Part shown: positions 1 through 10,339 of the stretch, one piece after another
Layout: each line of letters begins with the position of its first letter
How positions within the stretch are numbered: position 1 is the stretch's first letter
DNA from: an uncultured Gammaproteobacteria bacterium
Lineage (GTDB): Bacteria; Patescibacteriota; Microgenomatia; Levybacterales; UBA12049
NCBI GenBank assembly: GCA_964653195.1
Contig: CAZZCX010000003.1
Location: 11,688 to 75,687 of the forward strand
Direction of reading: 5' to 3'
DNA: 64,000 nucleotides
The notes under the pieces: generated by a model
Databases searched by the model: none
What the model saw: only the letters and a program-made list of their open reading frames with translations
Told to the model about the DNA's origin: nothing
Program-made: the position numbers and the translations under genes

Positions 1-917
1 TTTTTTCGATAATTACACCAGAACAAAAAGAAATTTTATTGACAAATAAAGAGCTTGATTTCTCGCATGGATATGGTGGTGGTATATATGGAGATAAGGG
101 GAGATTTCGTATAAATGTCTATTACCAGAGAGGTTATTTAGCATCGGCTTTACGATTTCTTCCTCCGACTATCAAATCGATTGATGAGTTGGGTTTGCCT
201 AAGATTTGTCATGAGTTTTCGCTTTTAAAGCAGGGTTTTGTACTAATTACTGGGCCTACTGGGCATGGAAAGTCAACAACACTTGCAGCAATGTTGAATG
301 AAATCAATACTTCCCGACCTTGTCATATAATAACAATAGAAGATCCAATTGAGTATGTTTATCCCGTAGGTAGCAGCGTAATTTCACAACGCGAAATCGG
401 TTCAGACTCTCATTCATGGGCAATGGCTCTTAGGGCAGCTTTAAGGGAAGATCCGGATGTAGTTTTAGTTGGAGAAATGCGTGATCCAGAGACGATGAGC
501 GCTGCTATAACACTTGCAGAGACTGGACATTTGGTTTTTGCCACACTTCATACAAATTCTGCGTCCCAAAGTATTGATAGAATTGTTGATGCATTTCCTG
601 ATGATCAGCGTTCGCAGGTACGGATACAGCTAGCTGCAATTCTAAAAGGTGTTATTTCACAGCGTTTGATCCCAAAAATAGGCGGTGGGAGAATAGTAGC
701 AGCTGAAATTCTTATAGGCACGCCCGCGGTAACAAGTAATATAAGAGATGGTAAGACGCATCTTATAGACTCAGTAATACAGACTTCTAAAGATGTCGGC
801 ATGATGACACTGGAATCTTCACTTGCACAGTTAGTTCTTCAAGGAACAATAACCTTAGACGATGCAAAAGGGTATGCCACACATGAACAAGAACTTATCA
901 GAATGACATCTGGTTAA
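1..917 (+). CDS. pilT: Type IV pilus retraction ATPase PilT, 5' partial. The frame is open to the window edge, so the TTG at 39 is probably not the true start.
   Basis: Walker A GPTGHGKSTT, Asp box IEDPIEY, Walker B VVLVGEMRD and His box ATLHTNSA are present. The sequence aligns to PilT from roughly residue 55 onward. There is no in-frame stop between nt 3 and 39. Confidence 0.85.
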   Translation, partial: FSIITPEQKEILLTNKELDFSHGYGGGIYGDKGRFRINVYYQRGYLASALRFLPPTIKSIDELGLPKICHEFSLLKQGFVLITGPTGHGKSTTLAAMLNEINTSRPCHIITIEDPIEYVYPVGSSVISQREIGSDSHSWAMALRAALREDPDVVLVGEMRDPETMSAAITLAETGHLVFATLHTNSASQSIDRIVDAFPDDQRSQVRIQLAAILKGVISQRLIPKIGGGRIVAAEILIGTPAVTSNIRDGKTHLIDSVIQTSKDVGMMTLESSLAQLVLQGTITLDDAKGYATHEQELIRMTSG

Positions 918-994
918 ATTGTTTTGCGTAAACTAAAGTTAAATAATTATTTCAGAAAATCACAAGCTTAATCCTCTTAATAAAAACATAAATT

Positions 995-2200
995 ATGAAG
1001 TATTTTTATATAGCAGCAGGAATTAACGGAAAAAAAGTGAAAGGTTTTGTAGAGGCTACAGAAACTTCAAAAGCAGCTCAGTTTCTAAGAGAACGTCATC
1101 TTTTACCTATTCGCATTGAACAACAAAAAGAGCACGCCTATCTTCCCCGTCTTCAGATATTCAAGCGCATGGGGAATAGAGATATCGCATTATTCACAAG
1201 ACAAGTATCAACTATGCTCACATCTGGACTTACGCTTACTCAGTCTTTAGAAATAATCAAAAATCAAGTACGTAAGCAGTCCGTAGCTGTTGTAGTAGAT
1301 AGCTTAATAACGAGCATTGAAGAGGGTAAATCTTTTTCTGATTCATTGGCTCAGTTTCCAGATTTATTTTCCCCTATTTACATTTCGTTAGTGAAAGCCG
1401 GTGAGTCAGCAGGACTCTTAGATAAAGTTTTGATTCGTCTTGCAGATTCACTTGAAAAAAGGGATAAAATTAATGCAAAAGTAAGAGGAGCATTGTTGTA
1501 TCCTGCAATTGTTTTAACACTTATGGTCATCGTTACCATAATTATGTTAATCTTTGTGATACCACAATTAAGTAGCTTATACGATTCAATGGAGCTACAA
1601 ATGCCTTTGCCCACCCAAATTATAGTGGGCATATCTGAGATTATTACACAATATATTTTACTTATCATTATTACTATATTCGCAATCGTTTTTTATTTTA
1701 ATAAATGGCGCAAGTCAGAATCAGGAAAAAGAATTATAGATAATTTGATATTGAATATTCCTTTCTTTGGTAAGATGTTTCATTATTCGATTCTAACCGA
1801 ATTTGCCCGTACTTTCGGTCTTTTAATAAGTACTGGAACTTTGGTCATTGACGGATTGCTGAAAAGCGCTGATGTATTAGGTAATACTGTGTACAAACAG
1901 GCTGTTTTGAAACTAGCGGAAAATGTAGAGAAAGGTGTTTCAATTGGTGACGCAATGAATGCCAATCCATTGTTTCCGGCAATTTTAATTGAAATGGTAA
2001 AAGTCGGTGAACAGACCGGCAAACTTGACGAATCGTTAATGCGAGTATCGGAATATTTTGAGCAGGAAGATGAGCAAATTGTTCACACACTAACGACTTC
2101 ACTTGAGCCCTTTATTATGATAATACTAGCAATAGGTGTAGGAATTCTTATTATTTCGGTTGTCACGCCAATTTATAATCTGCTTTCATCATTTCAATAA
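995..2200 (+). CDS. pilC: Type IV pilus platform protein PilC (GspF family)
   Basis: Two GspF-type repeats are present (LTSGLTLTQSLEI and LISTGTLVIDGL). There are three TM segments. It sits directly after pilT. Confidence 0.85.
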   Translation: MKYFYIAAGINGKKVKGFVEATETSKAAQFLRERHLLPIRIEQQKEHAYLPRLQIFKRMGNRDIALFTRQVSTMLTSGLTLTQSLEIIKNQVRKQSVAVVVDSLITSIEEGKSFSDSLAQFPDLFSPIYISLVKAGESAGLLDKVLIRLADSLEKRDKINAKVRGALLYPAIVLTLMVIVTIIMLIFVIPQLSSLYDSMELQMPLPTQIIVGISEIITQYILLIIITIFAIVFYFNKWRKSESGKRIIDNLILNIPFFGKMFHYSILTEFARTFGLLISTGTLVIDGLLKSADVLGNTVYKQAVLKLAENVEKGVSIGDAMNANPLFPAILIEMVKVGEQTGKLDESLMRVSEYFEQEDEQIVHTLTTSLEPFIMIILAIGVGILIISVVTPIYNLLSSFQ

Positions 2201-2285
2201 TGTATATTTCACTTAAAAAATAAATCAATAATTACTAGATTTCTTGACAATGTTTTGAGGATGTGTTGTACTAGAGTTAAGTTTT

Positions 2286-2747
2286 ATGAAAAAGTATTAT
2301 AAGCAACTGAAAATTCAAATTACTGGTGGATTTACATTAATTGAGCTATTAATCGTTATCTCAATACTAGGAATATTAGCAGCAGCTACACTTGCTATTC
2401 TTGATCCTATTGATAAGATAAGAGCTGGAAATGATTCAAAAGTACAACAAGATGTAACTACAGTTGCAAAAGCAGCTGAAGCATATGCAGCCATAAATAA
2501 TGGAGATTATCCAACTGGTACCAGTTTTACAGATATCGTGAACATTCTGATAGCTTCGGGTGATCTAAGGGGGACACCTATCGCGCCAGGAGGTTACAGT
2601 GAATATGTTTGGTCAGGGGATTCTTCATATTTTACAGTTTCCGGTCAACTGCGTTCCAAAAGATATAAAGATACTACTGTTTTTAAATATACTTCAGGTA
2701 GTGGTAAGTCATGTGCTTCAGTTGATGTTGATGAAAATTGCCCATAA
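2286..2747 (+). CDS. Type IV pilin (prepilin), candidate major pilin
   Basis: Class III signal GGFTLIELLIVISILGILAAA (G-F-T-L-x-E). A C-terminal Cys pair (CASVDVDENC) suggests a disulfide loop. A -35/-10-like TTGACA...TGTACTAGAGT motif lies upstream at about 2244-2275. Confidence 0.8.
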   Translation: MKKYYKQLKIQITGGFTLIELLIVISILGILAAATLAILDPIDKIRAGNDSKVQQDVTTVAKAAEAYAAINNGDYPTGTSFTDIVNILIASGDLRGTPIAPGGYSEYVWSGDSSYFTVSGQLRSKRYKDTTVFKYTSGSGKSCASVDVDENCP

Positions 2748-2791
2748 TCTCCTGTTTATTTCTCGGGTTTAGATTGTGATATTATGAGTAT

Positions 2792-3556
2792 ATGCTTATA
2801 TTGTTTTTTTTAATTCTAGGTGCAGTAGTGGGAAGTTTTTTAGGTGTAATCGCGTATAGAGTACCTAAAAAAGAATCGATCGTATTTCCTGCGTCACATT
2901 GTCCTCATTGTAGACATAAACTCCTTTGGTATGATCTTATACCCATAGTTTCGTATCTATCTTTATTGGGGAAATGCAGATATTGTAGAAAACCCATTTC
3001 TTTTGTTACGCTAGCAGTTGAAATTTGGACATCCTTACTTTTTGTACTGATTTATATTTTTTTCCCAGGAGTGCATTTAATTCAGCTTATATATTATTTA
3101 GCTATAGGTTCAATTTTTACTGTGATATTTTTTACAGATTATATGTATGGGATTATCCCCTTTCAGATATCAATTATAGGGTTTTTTATAACTTTTTTCT
3201 ATTTACTTTTTAGCTTTTCTCCATCAGTCGTTATTGTTCATTTTTTTTCTGCTATAGGTGCTTTTTTGTCTTTCCTATTTCTATTTCTTATAACCCGTGG
3301 TAAAGGGATGGGTTTTGGAGATGTCATACTTGTTGCACTTATGGGCATTTTACTTGGTTTTCCGGATATTATATTTGCATTATATATCGCTTTCTTGACA
3401 GGAGCAATTATGTCTGGCTTTTTGATTTTAATAGGAAGAAAGAAGTTAAAAAATGATTCTATACCTTTTGGTCCTTTTCTTGTTATCGGTACATTAGCTA
3501 GTTTTTTTTATGGTACTCAGATTTTAAATCTAGTTAGATACTATCTGCCCTTATGA
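2792..3556 (+). CDS. pilD: Prepilin peptidase / N-methyltransferase PilD (A24 family)
   Basis: An N-terminal CPHC...CRYC zinc-binding tetracysteine is followed by a polytopic membrane region. The catalytic Asp-containing motif GMGFGDV is present. Confidence 0.85.
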   Translation: MLILFFLILGAVVGSFLGVIAYRVPKKESIVFPASHCPHCRHKLLWYDLIPIVSYLSLLGKCRYCRKPISFVTLAVEIWTSLLFVLIYIFFPGVHLIQLIYYLAIGSIFTVIFFTDYMYGIIPFQISIIGFFITFFYLLFSFSPSVVIVHFFSAIGAFLSFLFLFLITRGKGMGFGDVILVALMGILLGFPDIIFALYIAFLTGAIMSGFLILIGRKKLKNDSIPFGPFLVIGTLASFFYGTQILNLVRYYLPL

Positions 3557-4035
3557 TTAAAAGGTTATCTCAGATTTGCAATAAACAGAAAACTAGTGGT
3601 TTTACTTTAGTTGAATTAGTTATAACTATAGCAGTACTTTCTATTTTGATGGTTGGGGTCTTGACATTAATAAATCCTGTCAGTGAAGTTAAGAAGGGTC
3701 TGGATGCAAAGCGGAAATCGGATTTAGCTCAAATACAAAGACTTTTAGAATTGTATTACCATGATAATGGTGAGTATCCATCAAGCATTCCATTCGGAGA
3801 GAGTTGGGATACCTACTCAAATAAATTGCCGAATGACCCAAGTCCGCCGAAGAAATATGCGTACCGCGGAACCGGTCAATCTTATTATCTTTATGCCAGT
3901 TTAGATCAGGGTATTTTAGATAAAAGTATATGTAAAAGTGATGGTTCTGCTTGCGATAATGCGTCAGGATTAACTTGTGGAGAAACTAATGATATATGTA
4001 ATTATGGAGTGGGAAGTACAGATATATTACCATGA
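3553..4035 (+). CDS. Pilin-like protein (prepilin-type N-terminal cleavage/methylation domain)
   Basis: SGFTLVELVITIAVLSILMV prepilin signal. A Cys-rich C-terminus is present. Confidence 0.7.
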   Translation: MIKRLSQICNKQKTSGFTLVELVITIAVLSILMVGVLTLINPVSEVKKGLDAKRKSDLAQIQRLLELYYHDNGEYPSSIPFGESWDTYSNKLPNDPSPPKKYAYRGTGQSYYLYASLDQGILDKSICKSDGSACDNASGLTCGETNDICNYGVGSTDILP

Positions 4036-4466
4036 ATAAATTATCAGAAAAAGGATTTACACTTATAGAGCTATTAGTAACTATTGCTATCATAGGTATT
4101 CTCTCGTCTGTTTTATTAGTGAACCTATCGGGTTTTAGAGAAAGAACTCGGGATGTACAGCGTAAACGTGATTTGAGAACGCTACAGACAGCCTTGGAGC
4201 TTTACAGAGCAGATTCAACCTCTTACCCTGAAACTCTACCTGAATGTGGTTTAGATTTTGTAAGCGTTGATAGTACAATTATATATTTAAAGAAAATTCC
4301 ATGTGATCCTTTGAGCAAACCTTTGAGCAAAGTAAAATATAACTACAATAAGTCATTAAATACTTATGAATTATTTGCCTGTCTCGAAAACGAGACAGAT
4401 TCTGAGCAAGATACATCTAAGAAATCGGAGTGTAGTAAAGCTTCATTTACAGTAGAAAGTCCTTAA
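4032..4466 (+). CDS. Pilin-like protein (GspG/PilE-like)
   Basis: KGFTLIELLVTIAIIGILSSV prepilin signal, with RDLRTLQTALELY typical of the pseudopilin N-terminal helix. Confidence 0.7.
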   Translation: MNKLSEKGFTLIELLVTIAIIGILSSVLLVNLSGFRERTRDVQRKRDLRTLQTALELYRADSTSYPETLPECGLDFVSVDSTIIYLKKIPCDPLSKPLSKVKYNYNKSLNTYELFACLENETDSEQDTSKKSECSKASFTVESP

Positions 4467-4484
4467 CTGACAAATTAAGATTTT

Positions 4485-5003
4485 ATGGCAATAAATTTAC
4501 CTATCAAACGTCAGAGGATTTTCAAAGGATTTACTCTCATTGAAATCGTTGTCGCGTCAGCATTATTAATGACAGTAAGTGTTGTGAGCGTTGCAAACTT
4601 CACGCGCTATTCAGAATCTCAGAAAATAAAAAATGTCGCTATGGATTTGTCACTTATTCTTCAAAAAGCTAGATCTCGGGCTCAAGCTCAGATCAAACCT
4701 TCTGATATAAGCATATGCGAAGGTTATCCTTTGAAGGGATACGAAGTAAGAATATGTAGTTCAATGGTAGAAACCTGCATTGATGGTGATTCATATGGTC
4801 TATATGTACATTGTGGGACTGATTTTCAGCTGATAGAAATGAAGTATCTACCTCAGAAAGTACGATTTGGAGTCGGAAGCGACAGGTCATTTTATTTTGA
4901 ATTAATGAAAGGAACTGTAAATGAAGGACTTATTGTTCTTGATTCAGATAATATTCAAAAAACAATTGAAATAAATAATTTAGGCAGCATAAATATTTTA
5001 TAG
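4485..5003 (+). CDS. Minor pilin-like protein (GspH/FimT-like)
   Basis: KGFTLIEIVVASALLMTVSV prepilin signal. Confidence 0.6.
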   Translation: MAINLPIKRQRIFKGFTLIEIVVASALLMTVSVVSVANFTRYSESQKIKNVAMDLSLILQKARSRAQAQIKPSDISICEGYPLKGYEVRICSSMVETCIDGDSYGLYVHCGTDFQLIEMKYLPQKVRFGVGSDRSFYFELMKGTVNEGLIVLDSDNIQKTIEINNLGSINIL

Positions 5004-5013
5004 CAATATTTAT

Positions 5014-5541
5014 ATGAAAATAATATTAGAAGCAAAAAATAATTTTCGTCACTATGTAAATCGCGGTTCTTCGCTTCTAGAAATTGTTGTCGCTTTGGGA
5101 GCATTAGCAGTATTATTTACTATCACCTCTACAGCGATTATAAGTGCTTTAAATAATGCAACGGAATCTAAATTTCAAAACCAGGCTAGTATTTTTGCTT
5201 CAGAAGGAATCGAAATACTAAGGCAAATGAAAGAATCCAGTTGGAATACTTTCGATAGTTATTCAGGTAATTATTGCCTTGCATATAACTGTAAAAGTTT
5301 AACATCATTTGATGAATGCGGTCCTACGGTTTCGACTTGTGGTAAAAATATTTATGAATACAGTAGAAGTGTCACTCTATTAAGAAATGATCCGGATTGT
5401 ACTGGAGATGGTAATAATTCAACAAAAGCAATTGTAAAGGTGTCATGGCATGATAGTAAATGTGCTCCAGGTATTAAGTTTTGTAGAAATGTAAGTATGG
5501 AAACGTGTTTTTCTAATATTTATTACAATTCTGGGCTTTAA
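5014..5541 (+). CDS. Minor pilin-like protein (degenerate prepilin signal)
   Basis: RGSSLLEIVVALGALAVLFT. The Glu is at the expected +5 position but the F-T of the canonical motif is replaced. The C-terminal domain is Cys-rich. Confidence 0.45.
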   Translation: MKIILEAKNNFRHYVNRGSSLLEIVVALGALAVLFTITSTAIISALNNATESKFQNQASIFASEGIEILRQMKESSWNTFDSYSGNYCLAYNCKSLTSFDECGPTVSTCGKNIYEYSRSVTLLRNDPDCTGDGNNSTKAIVKVSWHDSKCAPGIKFCRNVSMETCFSNIYYNSGL

Positions 5542-5549
5542 CAAATAGT

Positions 5550-6113
5550 ATGACGAAGTATTTAAAAGAAGAAAACGGATTTACTTTAATAGAGTTATTA
5601 ATAGGCCTTTTTATAATAAGTACTATTGGTACATTAGTAGTAGGAATTTTATGGGTTTCTTTGAAAAGTACTGTAAAGATAAACAATATGAACATTATAA
5701 GGCATCATAGTAACTATGCTGTTTTGCAGATAACCAAAATGCTTCAATTTGCCAAAGAGTTTCAAGGTGTGAGTCAAGATGGTATAACTTTCACAACGAA
5801 TTGCGAGTCGCCTAGTATACCAGTAGGTTCAATTTATTCCTCTGTCCGGATTTCTAATCATGATGGTGGAATAACTACCTTGTCTTGTTTAGGTAATGAT
5901 AATACAATCGCATCAAATAGTGCTTCACTTTTTAGCATAGAAACGTTTGAAGTTACTGATTGTAATTTTACATGCACACAAATAAGTGAAGGTTCTTCAT
6001 ACTCGGTAGGCTTCCATTTTAAAGTTCAAAAAAAGACTGACGGGAATATCCTAGATGATCCGGCTGCTTTAAACTTTCAAAATACAGTAACCATCAGGAA
6101 TTCGTATCTATGA
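5550..6113 (+). CDS. Minor pilin-like protein
   Basis: NGFTLIELLIGLFIISTIGTLVVG prepilin signal. Confidence 0.6.
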   Translation: MTKYLKEENGFTLIELLIGLFIISTIGTLVVGILWVSLKSTVKINNMNIIRHHSNYAVLQITKMLQFAKEFQGVSQDGITFTTNCESPSIPVGSIYSSVRISNHDGGITTLSCLGNDNTIASNSASLFSIETFEVTDCNFTCTQISEGSSYSVGFHFKVQKKTDGNILDDPAALNFQNTVTIRNSYL

Positions 6114-6143
6114 GTTTATTGACATCATTTATGAGGGGTTGGT

Positions 6144-7019
6144 ATGCTTAATTTAGCTTACATCATTTATCCTATGTTTATTAAATTACAAAAACATAAT
6201 TTAAATCAGTCATCAATAATTGAAAGAGGTCAGGTATTACTGTATGTAGTGCTGCTTGTAACAGTGCTTCTTACAGTAGTTATGTCTACTCTTTCTCGTA
6301 GCATAGTGAACGTACGTTTAAGTGTACAAGAGGACCAGTCTTTAAAAGCTCTTGCAGCAGCTGAGGCAGGTATTGAAAAATCATTTTCAGGTGATAGTGC
6401 GCTTACTGGTGTTTTATCGAATGATAGTAGTTATACGACACAAGTTAGGCAAGTAAGCGGTTCGACATTTTTATTAAATAACGGTAGATTAGTATTGAAA
6501 GATGAAGGTGCTGATATTTGGGTTTCTGATTATTCAGATGATCCAAGCTTAATTTATAAAAATCCTTGGAATGGGACACTCTATATTTATTGGGGTAATT
6601 CATCTGATAGTTGTATTGGATCAGAGGTTGATAACACAATGGCTGCATTAGAAGTTGTGGTTTTACAAGGCCCAAAATTAACTCCTACTGTTAAAAGGCT
6701 GGCATTTGATCCCTGCGGCTCGCGTAATATTATAAATAATTTTTCTTCACCTTCAATAGGGAGTTTTTCGATCGATGGTAAAACTTTTGTATATAGAGCC
6801 ACTTTGCATATTAGTACATCGGCTCTTTATGTCAGAGTTATTCCATTATATGCAAATACATACATGGCTATAACGGCAAATCCTGCTTTACCAGCTCAGG
6901 GAACAATAATAAGCTCAACCGGTACATCTGGAGATGCTAAGCGTACAATATCAGTATTGAAAGAAAATCCTTCCCTTCCGTCTGAGTTTATATTGTATTC
7001 TTTTATGTGGCCAAAATAA
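6144..7019 (+). CDS. PilX-like minor pilin / pilus assembly protein (PilX N-terminal domain). The true start is uncertain.
   Basis: A hydrophobic segment LLYVVLLVTVLLTVVMS is followed by SLKALAAAEAGIE, matching the PilX_N pattern (AExGl). It lies in the pilin block. Confidence 0.5.
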   Translation: MLNLAYIIYPMFIKLQKHNLNQSSIIERGQVLLYVVLLVTVLLTVVMSTLSRSIVNVRLSVQEDQSLKALAAAEAGIEKSFSGDSALTGVLSNDSSYTTQVRQVSGSTFLLNNGRLVLKDEGADIWVSDYSDDPSLIYKNPWNGTLYIYWGNSSDSCIGSEVDNTMAALEVVVLQGPKLTPTVKRLAFDPCGSRNIINNFSSPSIGSFSIDGKTFVYRATLHISTSALYVRVIPLYANTYMAITANPALPAQGTIISSTGTSGDAKRTISVLKENPSLPSEFILYSFMWPK

Positions 7020-7059
7020 AAATGCTATTAGCATTATTATATTTATCAGTATTTAATAT

Positions 7060-8076
7060 ATGAATAATTCATTCGGTCTGGATATAGGGTTGACTACAAT
7101 TAAAGCGGTTTTTTTACAAAATGAGAAAGACGGAATTCATTTTAAATCTTCGATTATTGCTAAAACACCTATTAAGGGTATACTCTCTGATACCACACTT
7201 GATCAAGAAGAAATCGCACAAACAATCCGTCAAATTGTAAATGATGGAAAAATTCCTGTAAGGAGCGTGAATCTGGCATTGTCGGATAACCATATTTTTG
7301 CAAAAGTTATTGATATGCCACAGTTGTCAGATAAAGAATTAGCTAGTGCTATTTATTGGGAAGCAGAGCAGCATATACCCGTACCTCTTTCAACTATAAA
7401 TCTGGATTGGGTTGTTTTACGTCGGGATTTTGGAAGTCAAAAATATATGCAGGTTTTGCTAATCGGAGCACCAATCAGTGTACTTAGAAAATACGAAAAG
7501 GTTTTTGAGTACGCTGGTCTAAACGTCGAAAGTTTAGAAACTGAAACTCTCTCAGCTATTAGAGCTATAGTAACTGCTGATGATTTCCCAAATTCACTTA
7601 TTGTGAATATCGGTAGCCTTGGAACCACTTTAGCCATAATACAGAAAAATACACTCGTTTTTATATATACCATTCCTTTGGGTGGTATGGCTATGAATCG
7701 AAGTATAGCTTCAGAGTTTGGTTTTAATAGTATTCAGGCGGAAGAATATAAAAAGACATATGGTATGAATGAATCTGACTTTGGAGGGAAAATTAAAGCT
7801 TCTATGCAGCCTATTTTATTGTCTATGACGTCAGAAATAAAAAAAGCACTTTCTTTTTATAATGATAAATATAAAGAAGATCAACCTGTTAAACAGATCA
7901 TACTGACTGGTGGAACTGCGCGAATACCTGGAATTGTTTCAGTGTTTGTTGAACAGACGGGATTTGAAACTGTTATAGCGAATCCCTGGAAAGCATTGTC
8001 TATACGTAATGTACCCTCTGACTTAATTGAATCTGGTCCTGAGTATACGATAGCTGTAGGATTGGCTTTAAAATAA
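7060..8076 (+). CDS. pilM: Type IV pilus assembly protein PilM (actin-like ATPase fold)
   Basis: An N-terminal GLDIGLTTIKAV phosphate-1-like motif and actin/FtsA-like domain order. It is followed by pilN and pilO. Confidence 0.8.
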   Translation: MNNSFGLDIGLTTIKAVFLQNEKDGIHFKSSIIAKTPIKGILSDTTLDQEEIAQTIRQIVNDGKIPVRSVNLALSDNHIFAKVIDMPQLSDKELASAIYWEAEQHIPVPLSTINLDWVVLRRDFGSQKYMQVLLIGAPISVLRKYEKVFEYAGLNVESLETETLSAIRAIVTADDFPNSLIVNIGSLGTTLAIIQKNTLVFIYTIPLGGMAMNRSIASEFGFNSIQAEEYKKTYGMNESDFGGKIKASMQPILLSMTSEIKKALSFYNDKYKEDQPVKQIILTGGTARIPGIVSVFVEQTGFETVIANPWKALSIRNVPSDLIESGPEYTIAVGLALK

Positions 8077-8079
8077 TTC

Positions 8080-8610
8080 ATGAATAATCAAATTAATTTA
8101 CAATTAGGAAAGACACAGAGTTCTCCGTCACTTGCTAAGAAACGCGCATTTTTTCATACTATCTCAATCAGTTTGCTTTTTGGATTCGCTTTTTTTTCTA
8201 TAGTTCTATTTATATTAATTTCTCTTTCTCCCCTTCCGAGCCTTCAAGAGCGTGAAAAAGTAGAAACAAAAAGATTAAGTTTTTTTAAGGATACTATCGT
8301 AAAGATAAATTTAACAAAAGAAAGGATAGATAATGTAGATAAGATTCTTCGAGATAGACCTACTTACTCACAGTCATTACTCACCATAAAAAATTTATTG
8401 CCTACTGAAGCAGCAATTAACGAAATACATCTAAATGATAAAAATTTAACATTTACAATAACGAGCAAATCGTTATTGCCATTGGATACTTTCTTAAATT
8501 CGCTAAAGATGGAAAGTGAAAAGGGAGAAAAGTTTAAAAAGATTACTATAGTGACACTAGAGAAAAATCTTGATAAAGAAGTATATATTTTAGTATTAAA
8601 ATTAGTATGA
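8080..8610 (+). CDS. pilN: PilN-like bitopic membrane protein
   Basis: A single N-terminal TM (ISLLFGFAFFSIVLFILISL) is followed by a periplasmic/coiled region. Its position between pilM and pilO supports the call. Confidence 0.55.
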   Translation: MNNQINLQLGKTQSSPSLAKKRAFFHTISISLLFGFAFFSIVLFILISLSPLPSLQEREKVETKRLSFFKDTIVKINLTKERIDNVDKILRDRPTYSQSLLTIKNLLPTEAAINEIHLNDKNLTFTITSKSLLPLDTFLNSLKMESEKGEKFKKITIVTLEKNLDKEVYILVLKLV

Positions 8611-9287
8611 ATAATGAACTTCGCTATTATTTAAGACGTTTAGTATTGGCTTACTTTAATTTTCGATATTCACAATATTATCATTTAGCGATACCTGTTG
8701 TTTTAGTGTCATTGGGAATTATTCTGCTTGTATCTTTTATTATCCCTCAAATGAATAATTGGTTTTCCGTACAGAATGAAGTGAAATCCACACAAGCAAG
8801 GATAAATACGATAAGACGAAATACAATAGTTCTTGAAAATATCAACAAAGAAAAGATTGAATCTGAATTTATAGTTGCTAATTTAGCATTACCTTCAAGT
8901 AAAGATTTCAGTGGAATTTTAGATTTAATCAATGACACAACTACTAAAAGTGGTATTTCCTTGGATGATTATGAATTTAGCCTGGGGCCAGTTGAAAATA
9001 AAGATAACATAAATAAATCAAAGTCAGAAATCTCAACTATATTATTGAGCTTAAGTATTGAAGGAGATTCAAATGCATTGGGTATTTTTTTATCGGAAAT
9101 AGAAAGCCAGATACCACTAGCACAAATACATTCTGTTAATTACAGTGAAAATAAAGGCCAAATTCAACTATCATTTATAGTTAAATCTTTTGATGATATT
9201 AATTTTCGCTATGATACACCTTTAACAGTTATGAATAATAAACAAAGGAGCCTAATGCAGAAATTGATTACTTGGAATGCTGATTAA
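8607..9287 (+). CDS. pilO: PilO-like bitopic membrane protein
   Basis: A single TM (AIPVVLVSLGIILLVSFII), translationally coupled to pilN by an ATGA overlap. Synteny supports the call. Confidence 0.5.
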   Translation: MNNELRYYLRRLVLAYFNFRYSQYYHLAIPVVLVSLGIILLVSFIIPQMNNWFSVQNEVKSTQARINTIRRNTIVLENINKEKIESEFIVANLALPSSKDFSGILDLINDTTTKSGISLDDYEFSLGPVENKDNINKSKSEISTILLSLSIEGDSNALGIFLSEIESQIPLAQIHSVNYSENKGQIQLSFIVKSFDDINFRYDTPLTVMNNKQRSLMQKLITWNAD

Positions 9288-9991
9288 GTGTTTGAGTTAT
9301 CTCTTTTCTCAGTTTTTTTAAGTGATTCGCTGATTCGCCATTTTTCAACCTCTTTATGATTACCTGAAAGTAGTATCTCCGGTACTGGATAATTTTCATA
9401 TACAGACGGTTTGGTAAAATGTGGATATTCTAGAATATGTCTATCTTTATGACTTAAGGAGAATGATTCATTTTGCGTAGCACCATCTTTCAAAACCCCC
9501 TTAAGCAGTCGTGTTACTGCATCGGTGATAAGCATAGCAGGAATTTCTCCTCCTGTAACTACAAAATCGCCAATTGAAATCTCTTCATCTATGTAATTAA
9601 TAATCCTCTCATCAACCCCTTCATAATGTCCACAAATTATAATAAGATGATCTAGAGTAGAATATGTTTCAGCTGTAACTTGAGAAAACTTTTTTCCAGA
9701 AGCGGAAAGTAAAATTACTTTATCTCTTATCGAAGACTTACTTTTATATATTTTTGAAAATGACATTTTAGTATTTGTGATGGCTTTATGTATAACGTCT
9801 ACTCTCAAAACCATACCTATACCTCCTCCATATGGGGTATCGTCTACTGACTTATGTTTTCCGATACCATAATCACGTAAGTTTATATATTCAATCTCAA
9901 TTAATCCTTTCTTTTTTGCATTTTTAATAATTGAATGATCAAAGGGACCTTGGAACATCTCCGGAAAGAGAGTAAGTATGGAAATTTTCAT
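9284..9991 (-). CDS. trmD: tRNA (guanine37-N1)-methyltransferase TrmD
   Basis: MKISILTLFPEMF N-terminus and a SPOUT knot region typical of TrmD. Confidence 0.9.
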   Translation of the reverse strand: MKISILTLFPEMFQGPFDHSIIKNAKKKGLIEIEYINLRDYGIGKHKSVDDTPYGGGIGMVLRVDVIHKAITNTKMSFSKIYKSKSSIRDKVILLSASGKKFSQVTAETYSTLDHLIIICGHYEGVDERIINYIDEEISIGDFVVTGGEIPAMLITDAVTRLLKGVLKDGATQNESFSLSHKDRHILEYPHFTKPSVYENYPVPEILLSGNHKEVEKWRISESLKKTEKRDNSNT

Positions 9992-10081
9992 AGAATTATA
10001 TCTAAATAGACCTAATGAATTGATGCTTATTCGTAAACAAAAATTGAGTTACATTACTCAATTGATTTGAGACATAAGTAG

Positions 10082-10330
10082 TTATTTTGCAGGAGGTGTA
10101 TTATCTGCAAGAGATATATTGATTCTAATACCCTTTTTTATTGCTGGAATTTTCATTGCGTTACGAATAGATCGTATTATTTTTCCTTCTTTTCCGATAA
10201 TTTTACCGTAATCTGAAGAGTCTGCAGAAATTATAAATTGAGTTATACCGTCTTGCTCTGTCTCTTCTATACTTACCGATTCTGGCTTATCAACGATTGA
10301 TGTAATTATATACTTAAGTGTGTTTTGCAT
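10082..10330 (-). CDS. khpA: KH-domain RNA-binding protein (KhpA/YlqC-like)
   Basis: An 82-aa protein with the KH GxxG-like motif IIGKEGKIIRSIR. It holds the conserved position between rpsP and trmD. Confidence 0.75.
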   Translation of the reverse strand: MQNTLKYIITSIVDKPESVSIEETEQDGITQFIISADSSDYGKIIGKEGKIIRSIRNAMKIPAIKKGIRINISLADNTPPAK

Positions 10331-10339
10331 GAGTGAAAC

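Noticed and set aside
605-802. 65-aa minus-strand ORF inside pilT. The same applies to 1378-1668, 1783-2102, 3025-3213, 4693-4890, 6445-6802, 7437-7673, 7881-8081 and 8747-8938.
   Set aside because: Each is embedded antisense or out of frame within a strongly supported CDS. None has a recognisable motif. They are typical shadow ORFs.
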